Assembly (NCBI GenBank): GCA_035696685.1 | Contig: DASSEC010000123.1 | Coordinates: 1 to 28,348 of the forward strand | Length of the DNA: 28,348 nucleotides | Direction of reading: 5' to 3' | From: Candidatus Limnocylindria bacterium | GTDB taxonomy: Bacteria > Chloroflexota > Limnocylindria > QHBO01 | In this document: piece by piece, positions 8,187-15,855 of the stretch | Layout: each line of letters starts with the position of its first letter | Position numbering within the stretch: the first letter of the stretch is position 1 | Made by a program: the position numbers and the translations under genes | The notes under the pieces: model-generated | What the model was told of the DNA's origin: nothing | Database searches by the model: none | The model's input: only the letters and a program-made list of their open reading frames with translations

Positions 8187-8196
8187 GGACCGTCCG

Positions 8197-11100
8197 ATGG
8201 GCACGCCGGACGACTACTGCGAGCTCCACGCGCACTCAAACTTCAGCTTCCTCGACGGGGCAAGCCACCCCGAGGAGCTGGTCGGCCGCGCCGCGCTGCT
8301 GAGCATGCCGGCGGTGGCCGTCACCGACCATGCCGGTCTCTATGCGGCGGTCCGCCTCTGGAAGGCGGCCGGCCAGACCCGGACCGACGCTGCTCGTGAG
8401 GCGGGGTTGGCACCCGTCACCGCACTGATCGGGCTGGAGCTGGCCATCCCACGCGACGAGCGCGAGCTGCGCCTCGCCCGCCGCGGCCGGAAGCTGAATG
8501 ACCCGCTGCGCGGCGACCAGGCGAGCCGCGGCTGGCCGGGGGAGTTCCATGCCGGGCCCATCCCCGGTGACCACCTGGTCGTGCTGGCCCGCGACGGCGC
8601 CGGCTACGCGGCGCTCTCTCGCCTCGTCAGCCGCGGCCACCTGGCCGGGGAGAAGCAGTTTCCCGTCTTCGAGGCCGCGCTCGTCGAGGAGGCGCTCGAT
8701 GCCGGCCGCGGCCACCTCCTCGGGCTCAGTGGCTGCCGCAACGGGGAGGTGCCGCGCCGCTTGCTGGCCGGCGACCCCGACACGGCACTGGCCGCGGCGG
8801 AACGCTGGGCGAGCCACTTTCCGGCAGGCGACTTCGCGGTGGAGCTGAGTCATCATCTCGAGCCCGACGACGACTGGCTCGTGGCGCAGCTGGTCGCCCT
8901 GGCGGAGCGCGCCGGGTTGCCCACCGTCGTGACCAACGAGGTGCACTACGCCGATCCAGGCAGCCACCGCCTCCAGGACGTGCTGGTCTGCATCCGTCAC
9001 GGCGCCACCCTGGACGAGGCGCGCGAGCTGCTCCTCCCCAACGCCGAATATCGGCTGAAATCGGGGGCCGAGCTCGCGCGCATCGGCGAGGCACTGCCGG
9101 ACGAGCGCAGCCAGTGCGCCTGGGCCGCGGGCATGGCCCGGGCGGCCGCCATCGGCGCCGAGTGCCGGCTGGACCTGGACTTCAAGCGCTACCGGTTCCC
9201 GGGCTTCACGGTCCCCGAGGGCGAGACGCCGTTCTCATACCTGTACCAGCTTGCGCACGAGGGCTTACGCCGCCGTTATCGGCCCATTACCAAGCAGGCG
9301 GTGAACCAGCTCGCGCACGAGCTCGACATCATCGAGCGCACGAACCTGGCGGAGTTCTTCCTAATCGTCTGGGACCTGATGGAGTTTGCGCGCCGGGGCG
9401 GGATCATCGGCCAGGGCAGGGGCAGTGCCGGTGACTCGATCGTGGCCTACTGCCTGGGCATCACCAAGGTTGACCCGATCGAGCACAAGCTCCTCTTCGA
9501 GCGCTTCATCAACGAGGCGCGGACGCTGCCGGACATCGATATCGACTTCGACGTCAACCGGCGCGAGGAAGTGATCCAGTACCTCTACGACCGCTATGGC
9601 GAGGACCACTCGGCCATGGTCTGCACCGTGATCACCTACCGTGCCCGCTCGGCGGTGCGAGAGGTGGCGAAGGCGCTCGGCTTTCCCCTTGAGGCGGTCG
9701 ACCGCGTGGCCAAGGCGCTGGACACGCGCGATGCCTCCGACGTGGCGCGCGACCTGGCGCTGGATGGCAGCTTCGGTTGGCTGTTCGACGAGATCGGCCT
9801 GGACATGGCGGCGGAAGCGGTGCCACCGGGTCGCGACGGGCGTCGGACCGATGGTGGCCCGCTGGTCACCCACGAATCCGACTCGTCCTGGAACCACCGT
9901 CCGCGTCCGGTGCTGGCCCCCGCGCCGCTGCCACTCCGGCCCGACCTGGCCGATGCCGAGGCACGCGCACGAGATGCGGCCGGGGACCATGACGGGCGGC
10001 CGTACAGCGAGTCGGGCTGGGTGCCGCCTCGACGGCCGCAGGTGCTCGACCAGTCGGTGGTCAGCGTCAAGCACGAGGGCTGGGAGCAGAAGCGCTACGG
10101 GCCCGGCGGCCTGCGCGCCGCGGCGCAGCTCGACCTGCCGGAGCCGCGCGACAACGGGACCCCCGGGCCCTCGAGCGATCGGCCGGCCGTGGTCCGCGTG
10201 GATCCGGAGAGCGGCATGCCCATCAAAGAGCGGCTGCGTCCCAGCGTGCTGCCGGATCTCGCGGACGCTCCCTGGTCCATCCATGCGCAGCCGCGGAACC
10301 GGTGGCAGTGGCTGCTCGCCCTGTGCGGCGAGATCGACGGCTTTCCGCGCCACCTGGGCATCCACGTCGGCGGGATGCTGGTCACCCGCACGCCGCTGAT
10401 CGACCTGGTCCCCATCGAGCGCGCCACCATGCCCGGCCGCGTGGTGACCCAGTTCGACAAGGAGGACATCGAGGCGCTCGGCCTGGTGAAGATCGACCTC
10501 CTCTCCCTGCGGACGCTGGGCGTGGTGGCCGAATGCCTGGACCGCATCGAGCGCGATACCGGAGCCAGGCCGGACCTGGACAGTCTCCCCCATGACGACC
10601 CGAACGTCTTTCGCACGATCCAGGTGGCCGACACGGTGGGCATGTTCCAGATCGAGAGCCGCGCCCAGATGCAGGCTCTGCCCAAGGCGCGTCCCGAGCG
10701 TTTCGAGGACCTGGTCGTCCAGGTGGCCATCATCCGTCCGGGCCCGGTGCAGGGCAACGCGGTCCACCCGTACCTGCGGCGCCGTGCCGGCCAGGAGGAG
10801 GTGACCTACCTCCACGACTCGTTGAAGCCGATCCTGGAGGACACGCTGGGCGTGATCCTCTACCAGGAGCAGGTCATGCAGGTGGCCATCGACATCTGCG
10901 GCTACACGCCCCTGGAGGCGGACATCTTCCGCAAGGCCATGGGTAGCCATCGGTCCCACCAGAAGATGCAGGCGGAACGCGGCAAGTTCGTGTCGGGGGC
11001 CATGCGCACCGGCCTGACCGAGGAGGCCGCCAACGAGCTGTTTGCCAAGTGCTCGGCCTTTGCCGAGTTCGGCTTCGCACGGGCGCACGCGGCGGCCTTT

Positions 11101-12051
11101 GCCAAGATCACCTACGACACTGCCTGGCTGCGCCAGTACTGGCCCGCGCATTACTACGCCGGCGTGCTCAACAACCAGCCGATGGGCTTCTACTCGCCGG
11201 CCGTGATCGTGGGCGACGCGAAGCGCCATGGCATCCGGGTGCTGCCGGTGGACGTCAACGCATCGGCCTGGGAGCACGACACCCGGCCGCAGCCGGACGG
11301 CAGCCATGCCCTGCGGCTGGGCATGCGCCAGGTGAAGGGCATCGACGAGTCGTCGCGCGAGCTGCTCGAGCGCGAGCGTGCGGCAGGTGCGTATGCCGGC
11401 GTGCGCGACTTCGTGGCTCGTACCGGCCTGGGCGAGCAGGTGGTCGAGCGCCTGATCGCCATCGGTGCCTTCGACTGGACCGCTGCGCCCCGTCGCGAGC
11501 TCCTCTGGCAGCTGCGTACGACCATGGAGGATGCCAACCCGGCGCGTCCCGCGCTGGGCCTGACCGATGACGCCCAGCGCGCGCTGGGCGCCTCGCTCCC
11601 GCCCATGTCCTTCGCCGAAAAGGTGGCCGCCGACTACCGGGAGCTGGGGCTGTCTCCCACGGCCCATGCAGTCGAGCTGTTCCGCGAGCGCCTGACCGCG
11701 CGGGGCGTGCGACCGATTGCCGAGGCAGCCCGGCTGCGCGATCGGTCGATGATCCGCCTGGCCGGCCTGGCGGTGAGCATCCAGCACCCCATGACCGCGA
11801 AGAACTTCGTGTTCATCGCGCTGGAGGACGAGACCGGGATGATCAACGTGACGGTGCGGCCAGACATCTACCAAGCGAACCGGGCGGTGCTGCACCGGCA
11901 TCCGTTGCTGGTCATCGATGGCCGGCTGCAGGTGGAGGGCGGCGTGCTGAACGTCGTCGCGCAGCAGCTGCATCCGGTCGACGCCGTGGTCAACCAGGAG
12001 GCGCGCGAGACGCGGCTACCGCTCGCCAAGCAGCAGCGCATGTTCCGTTGA
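8197..12051 (+). CDS. dnaE2: Error-prone C-family DNA polymerase DnaE2/ImuC with large internal insertion
   Basis: PHP motif ELHAHSNFSFLDG, QGRGSAGDS, catalytic PDIDIDF and VKIDLL, GMFQIESRAQ, FGFARAHAAAF, NNQPMGFY, and a C-terminal OB fold (FIALEDETGMINV). No internal DnaE1-type clamp motif is seen. SOS box upstream. Confidence 0.93.
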   Translation: MGTPDDYCELHAHSNFSFLDGASHPEELVGRAALLSMPAVAVTDHAGLYAAVRLWKAAGQTRTDAAREAGLAPVTALIGLELAIPRDERELRLARRGRKLNDPLRGDQASRGWPGEFHAGPIPGDHLVVLARDGAGYAALSRLVSRGHLAGEKQFPVFEAALVEEALDAGRGHLLGLSGCRNGEVPRRLLAGDPDTALAAAERWASHFPAGDFAVELSHHLEPDDDWLVAQLVALAERAGLPTVVTNEVHYADPGSHRLQDVLVCIRHGATLDEARELLLPNAEYRLKSGAELARIGEALPDERSQCAWAAGMARAAAIGAECRLDLDFKRYRFPGFTVPEGETPFSYLYQLAHEGLRRRYRPITKQAVNQLAHELDIIERTNLAEFFLIVWDLMEFARRGGIIGQGRGSAGDSIVAYCLGITKVDPIEHKLLFERFINEARTLPDIDIDFDVNRREEVIQYLYDRYGEDHSAMVCTVITYRARSAVREVAKALGFPLEAVDRVAKALDTRDASDVARDLALDGSFGWLFDEIGLDMAAEAVPPGRDGRRTDGGPLVTHESDSSWNHRPRPVLAPAPLPLRPDLADAEARARDAAGDHDGRPYSESGWVPPRRPQVLDQSVVSVKHEGWEQKRYGPGGLRAAAQLDLPEPRDNGTPGPSSDRPAVVRVDPESGMPIKERLRPSVLPDLADAPWSIHAQPRNRWQWLLALCGEIDGFPRHLGIHVGGMLVTRTPLIDLVPIERATMPGRVVTQFDKEDIEALGLVKIDLLSLRTLGVVAECLDRIERDTGARPDLDSLPHDDPNVFRTIQVADTVGMFQIESRAQMQALPKARPERFEDLVVQVAIIRPGPVQGNAVHPYLRRRAGQEEVTYLHDSLKPILEDTLGVILYQEQVMQVAIDICGYTPLEADIFRKAMGSHRSHQKMQAERGKFVSGAMRTGLTEEAANELFAKCSAFAEFGFARAHAAAFAKITYDTAWLRQYWPAHYYAGVLNNQPMGFYSPAVIVGDAKRHGIRVLPVDVNASAWEHDTRPQPDGSHALRLGMRQVKGIDESSRELLERERAAGAYAGVRDFVARTGLGEQVVERLIAIGAFDWTAAPRRELLWQLRTTMEDANPARPALGLTDDAQRALGASLPPMSFAEKVAADYRELGLSPTAHAVELFRERLTARGVRPIAEAARLRDRSMIRLAGLAVSIQHPMTAKNFVFIALEDETGMINVTVRPDIYQANRAVLHRHPLLVIDGRLQVEGGVLNVVAQQLHPVDAVVNQEARETRLPLAKQQRMFR

Positions 12052-12075
12052 CCCTCCTTCCTATACTGGGCCGCC

Positions 12076-12546
12076 ATGACCCGCCCCGACCCGAGCCTCC
12101 GGCAGCAGGCTTCCGTTCGCACCGCGCTACGGGTTGGCGGGGCGATCCTCCTGGGACTCGGCCTGGTCCTGACGGCCGCCGGGTTGGTGAGCTTCTTCGG
12201 CTCATTCAACGATCCCGCCCAGGGCATGCCGCGGAACTTCTGGATGGCGTTCGTCGGGCTGCCGCTGGTGGCCATTGGCGGGTCGCTGGTCAGGGCGGGG
12301 TACCTCGGTCCCGCCAGCCGGTACGTCGCCGGCGAGGTCACGCCGACCATTCGCGACGCGATCGGCGCGCTGGGCATCGGCCAGGTCGAGCAGGTCTGTG
12401 CTGCCTGCGGGCATCACAACGACGCGGATTCCCGCTTCTGCAATGCCTGCGGCAAGCCGCTCGGTCGCACCTGCCCGTCGTGCGGCGCCGAGAACGACCC
12501 GAACGCCCGCTTCTGCGACGGCTGCGGCCAGCCCCTGCCCGCCTGA
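12076..12546 (+). CDS. Membrane protein with double zinc-ribbon domain
   Basis: Two hydrophobic segments followed by four CxxC pairs (CAAC, CNAC, CPSC, CDGC). TATACT lies 8 nt before the ATG. Confidence 0.75.
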   Translation: MTRPDPSLRQQASVRTALRVGGAILLGLGLVLTAAGLVSFFGSFNDPAQGMPRNFWMAFVGLPLVAIGGSLVRAGYLGPASRYVAGEVTPTIRDAIGALGIGQVEQVCAACGHHNDADSRFCNACGKPLGRTCPSCGAENDPNARFCDGCGQPLPA

Positions 12547-12564
12547 CAGCGGCTCATCGGCGCC

Positions 12565-12918
12565 ATGCCGTCATCGCTCGCCGAGGCCGTACGCGCCTTC
12601 GCCTTCGGCCTGCCCGACGCCTGGGAGGACCATCCCTGGGGCGAGTCGGTTGCCAAGGTGGGCAAGAAGGTGTTCGTCTTCTTCGGCACTGATGCTGATG
12701 GGGCACCGCGCGACGCGATCGTGCATCTCAGCGTGAAGCTGCCGGAGTCCCACGAAGAGGCGCTCGCGCTGCCCTTCGCGGAGCCCACCGGGTATGGGCT
12801 GGACCGCGGATCCTGGGTCACGATCCACGCGCCACCGGACTGGCCGGCCGAAATGCTCACGGACTGGATCGCCGAGAGCTACCGCGCGGTCGCGCCGAAG
12901 CGCCGGAAGAGTCGCTAG
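12565..12918 (+). CDS. MmcQ/YjbR family protein
   Basis: Motifs LPDAWEDHPWG...KVGKKVF, LSVKLP, TGYGLDRGSWV and DWIAESYRAVAPK. Confidence 0.85.
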   Translation: MPSSLAEAVRAFAFGLPDAWEDHPWGESVAKVGKKVFVFFGTDADGAPRDAIVHLSVKLPESHEEALALPFAEPTGYGLDRGSWVTIHAPPDWPAEMLTDWIAESYRAVAPKRRKSR

Positions 12919-13379
12919 CTGCCGAGCGGCTCGATGGAGACGATCTCCGCGCTCCACGGGCAGTAGCGATCGCCGCTCAGCGTTCCATCTTCGACGTGCG
13001 ATGGCAGTCCGTCGCACACCTCGATCGACAGCTCCGCCAGTGCCACGTCACTCGGGTCGATATGCCAGCTGTAGCCGGTGTTCACGCCACCATCGTCGCC
13101 CCTGACGATCCGGCCGTTGGGGATCAGCGGGCCGGCGCTGCCGTCCTGCCAGGCCTGCGCCAGCCGAACCTCGGCCGGATCGGTGAACAGGACCCGGTAG
13201 GTCTCCTGCCCCGCCACGCGAAACGTGACGACTGCTCCGGCGGCGGCGGACGGCGCGGCAGAAGAGGTGGGCCCGGCCGTGAGCCGACCCGTCGCCGGCG
13301 GCTGGCTCGGCGATGACGGCGCGGGCTGGGCGCAGGAGGCCAGCAGGACCGCGATCGCAGCGAGGCGGAGCCGATGCAC
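12915..13379 (-). CDS. Lipoprotein with BP74-like domain
   Basis: Signal peptide with lipobox LLAS-C, Ser/Pro/Ala linker, and IPNGRIVRG...NTGYSWH...IEVCDGLP...YCPW pattern. GTG start 6 nt after TACGGT. Confidence 0.7.
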   Translation of the reverse strand: MHRLRLAAIAVLLASCAQPAPSSPSQPPATGRLTAGPTSSAAPSAAAGAVVTFRVAGQETYRVLFTDPAEVRLAQAWQDGSAGPLIPNGRIVRGDDGGVNTGYSWHIDPSDVALAELSIEVCDGLPSHVEDGTLSGDRYCPWSAEIVSIEPLGS

Positions 13380-13381
13380 GT

Positions 13382-13412
13382 GGGAACCGTATCCGGCGTG
13401 GTGCCGTCCTGC
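13382..13412 (+). promoter_or_regulatory. Putative ECF-sigma promoter GGAAC-N17-CGTC(CTGC)
   Basis: The layout fits the general ECF promoter pattern, and a near-identical arrangement occurs at 15793-15823. Confidence 0.5.
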
Positions 13413-13447
13413 ACGGCATTACGCGGAGCGCATGGAAGGACCCACCC

Positions 13448-14521
13448 ATGAAACGACTCGCATCCCTGTCCCTGGCGATGGTGGCCACGCTCATCGTCGC
13501 CGCGCCCACCCTGGCCTGCGGCGGATTGATCGGGCCCAACGGCGCCGTCAACCTGCTGCGGACCACGACCTTCGCCGGCTACCACGACGGCGTCGAGCAT
13601 TACGTCACCAGCTTCGAGTTCGCCGGCGGTAAGGGAGAATTCGGGAGCATCGTGCCGCTTCCCGGCGTGCCCACCGACGTGGTCCGCGGTGGCGACTGGA
13701 CCCTCCAGCGCCTGGTGCTGGAGACGCAGCCCCAGGACGAGCGGGGACTGTTCGCCCCGCTGTCCGCCGGCGCGGCACGCGATAGCGCGCAGGTCCTGCA
13801 GCAGGTCAAGATCGACGCGCTCGAGATCACCATCCTGAAGGGCGGCGGCGACCAGGTAGGTCTGTGGGCGGTGGACCATGGCTTCCGCCTCCCGCCCGAT
13901 GCGCCCGAGGTGCTCGATTTCTACGCCGAGCGCTCGCCGATCTTCATGGCAGCGCGCTTTGATGCCGATGCGGCCAGGCGCCGGGGCCAGAACGTCGGCG
14001 ATGGTACGCCCGTCCACCTGACCATCCCGACCGACAACCCGTGGGTCCCCCTGCGCATCCTCGCCCTGGGGCGGACTTCCGCCGAAACCGTGCAGGCCGA
14101 CGTCTTCCTGCTGACCGACGAGCAGCCGGCCATGCTGCCCGACCCGGGCGCCCTCATCGGCACCCCGGGCCTGTCGCTGGAGCACGCGGCACCGGCGACT
14201 CCACAGCTGCTGGCCGACCTCCGCTCGGACAAGGGCATGGGCTGGGTGCCGGACAACGCGTGGCTTACGAAGATCGCCATCGACGCCAAGGCGCCGCAGC
14301 TGCGGTTCGACCTGGCAATCGACGCATCCGGGCGGGGCCTGCCGTCGCTGGCCGACGCGGGCTTCTCCCCGTTCGGTCCGCTGCCCGCGCCGCCGTCGAG
14401 CACCATGATCTGGGTCCTGCTGGTGGCAGTGGCGTTCACCCTGCCGCTCGGCGCCGTTGCGCTGATCGCGGTAGCGGCCCGCGGCGGTGGGAGCGGCGGC
14501 CGGCCGCTGGCCGGCGCCTGA
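13448..14521 (+). CDS. DUF2330-like secreted, C-terminally anchored protein
   Basis: SD GGAAGGA before ATG 13448. Signal peptide ending LA-CGG, motifs FGSIVPLPGVP, YAERSPIFMAARF and PWVPLRI, and a C-terminal TM helix. Confidence 0.7.
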   Translation: MKRLASLSLAMVATLIVAAPTLACGGLIGPNGAVNLLRTTTFAGYHDGVEHYVTSFEFAGGKGEFGSIVPLPGVPTDVVRGGDWTLQRLVLETQPQDERGLFAPLSAGAARDSAQVLQQVKIDALEITILKGGGDQVGLWAVDHGFRLPPDAPEVLDFYAERSPIFMAARFDADAARRRGQNVGDGTPVHLTIPTDNPWVPLRILALGRTSAETVQADVFLLTDEQPAMLPDPGALIGTPGLSLEHAAPATPQLLADLRSDKGMGWVPDNAWLTKIAIDAKAPQLRFDLAIDASGRGLPSLADAGFSPFGPLPAPPSSTMIWVLLVAVAFTLPLGAVALIAVAARGGGSGGRPLAGA

Positions 14522-14526
14522 CCTCG

Positions 14527-14934
14527 ATGCGCTCCGCGCGAGTCATGCTGGTGGCCGTGGTCCTGGCGACCACGGCTGCCGGCTGCCGTGCCCAGGCTGC
14601 CGAGAGCGGGCCGATCACGCGGCAGATCACCATCCACTACACCCATTTCGACCCCAGCCAGCTGACCGTGCCGCACGGTGTGCCGGTCACGTTCGTGCTC
14701 GTCAACCAGGACCCGATCGAGCACGAGTGGCTCATCGGGGACGCGGCCTTCCACGAGCGTCACCGGCATGGGACGGAGGCCCACCACGGGGCGCGGCCGA
14801 ACGAAGTGTCGATCCCGGCCCTGCGCACCATGCGGACGACGCTCACCTTCGACCAGCCGGGCACGTTGCTGTATGTCTGCCACCTGCCCGGGCACGAGGC
14901 CTACGGGATGGTCGGCACGCTGACCGTCACTTGA
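14527..14934 (+). CDS. Cupredoxin (type-1 copper) lipoprotein with His-rich loop
   Basis: Lipobox AAG-C, ligands NQDPIEHEW (His) and YVCHLPGHEAYGM (Cys, His, Met), loop HERHRHGTEAHH. Start 5 nt after the upstream stop. Confidence 0.85.
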   Translation: MRSARVMLVAVVLATTAAGCRAQAAESGPITRQITIHYTHFDPSQLTVPHGVPVTFVLVNQDPIEHEWLIGDAAFHERHRHGTEAHHGARPNEVSIPALRTMRTTLTFDQPGTLLYVCHLPGHEAYGMVGTLTVT

Positions 14935-14947
14935 TCGTTGGCGGGCG

Positions 14948-15757
14948 TTACCCGCCGACCGCCGGCACGCCCAGCATCCCGGGCAGGAGGTTCCCGAAGA
15001 AGTAGCCGGCCACGCCGGCCACGGCGCCCAGCACCAGGATCTCTGCCCCCGAGCGCCACCAGCTGCGGCGCGTCCAGCGCGACTTCACGACGCCGATGGC
15101 GAACAGCACGCTGGCCGTGGCGATCACGGATGCCAGGGTGGCCACATCCAGGTCGAGGACCAGGTACGGCAGGATTGGGACGGCGGCGCCGAGACCGAAC
15201 GAGACTCCCATGATGAGGGAGCCCTGCAGCGGGCTTCCCTCTGCCAGGCGGTGGGTCAGCCCCAGCTCCTTCTCGACCATGGTCTTCAGGAGCACGTCCG
15301 GATGCCGGGCAATGGCGCGGGCCATCGAAGCCGATGCCTCCGCGGGCAGGCCGTCCTCCTCGAACATGAACGCCATCTCGGCCTCGGCCTCGCCCGGCCG
15401 CTCCACCACTTCCTGGCGTTCGCCGACGATCTGCGCCTCGAAGATCTCATGCTGGCTCTTGCTCGACATGTACTCGCCGGCGGCCATGCTGAACACGCCG
15501 CCGAGGCCCACCGCGATGCCGGCGACGAGCACCGGGAACTGCTCCGAGAAGGCACCGGCCGCAATCGTCACCGCGGCGAGCGTGCTGACCAGACCATCCT
15601 GTGCGCCAAAGATCGCCTCGCGGATCTCACCCAGCAGGCTTGCCTTGCGGCGCTCATCGGCCAGGTGGGCAGCCAGCCACTGCTTGTCGAATTCGTGCGG
15701 GGCCAGGCTGGCGCGCGCCTGCTCGTCATCCAGCGCCGCAAGTCGGTCGTGTTCCAC
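14948..15757 (-). CDS. VIT1/CCC1 family Fe/Mn transporter
   Basis: Motifs IREAIFGAQDGLVS, SMAAGEYMSSKSQ, TMVEKELGL and GAAVPILPY. GTG start 6 nt after TAGCAT. Confidence 0.92.
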   Translation of the reverse strand: MEHDRLAALDDEQARASLAPHEFDKQWLAAHLADERRKASLLGEIREAIFGAQDGLVSTLAAVTIAAGAFSEQFPVLVAGIAVGLGGVFSMAAGEYMSSKSQHEIFEAQIVGERQEVVERPGEAEAEMAFMFEEDGLPAEASASMARAIARHPDVLLKTMVEKELGLTHRLAEGSPLQGSLIMGVSFGLGAAVPILPYLVLDLDVATLASVIATASVLFAIGVVKSRWTRRSWWRSGAEILVLGAVAGVAGYFFGNLLPGMLGVPAVGG

Positions 15758-15792
15758 GGCCTGATGCTAGCTGAGCCGTATCTGCTCGAGTC

Positions 15793-15823
15793 GGGCACTG
15801 TTCGGCGTTCCAAAACGTCCTGC
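15793..15823 (+). promoter_or_regulatory. Putative ECF-sigma promoter GGCAC-N17-CGTC(CTGC)
   Basis: Same spacing and same CGTCCTGC element as 13382-13412. Confidence 0.45.
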
Positions 15824-15855
15824 GGGTGATGAGCACTCGATCAGGAGGTCCTGCC

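Noticed and set aside
9790-10293. Intein or group I/II intron in dnaE2
   Set aside because: No Cys/Ser start or His-Asn end, no homing-endonuclease motifs, the frame is uninterrupted, and the known DnaE intein site region (FGFARAH) is continuous.
9361-11973. 870-aa minus-strand ORF and other long antisense ORFs (for example 6516-7856, 16520-17974, 25650-26768)
   Set aside because: Shadow ORFs expected opposite GC3-rich genes, with no recognisable motifs or start signals.
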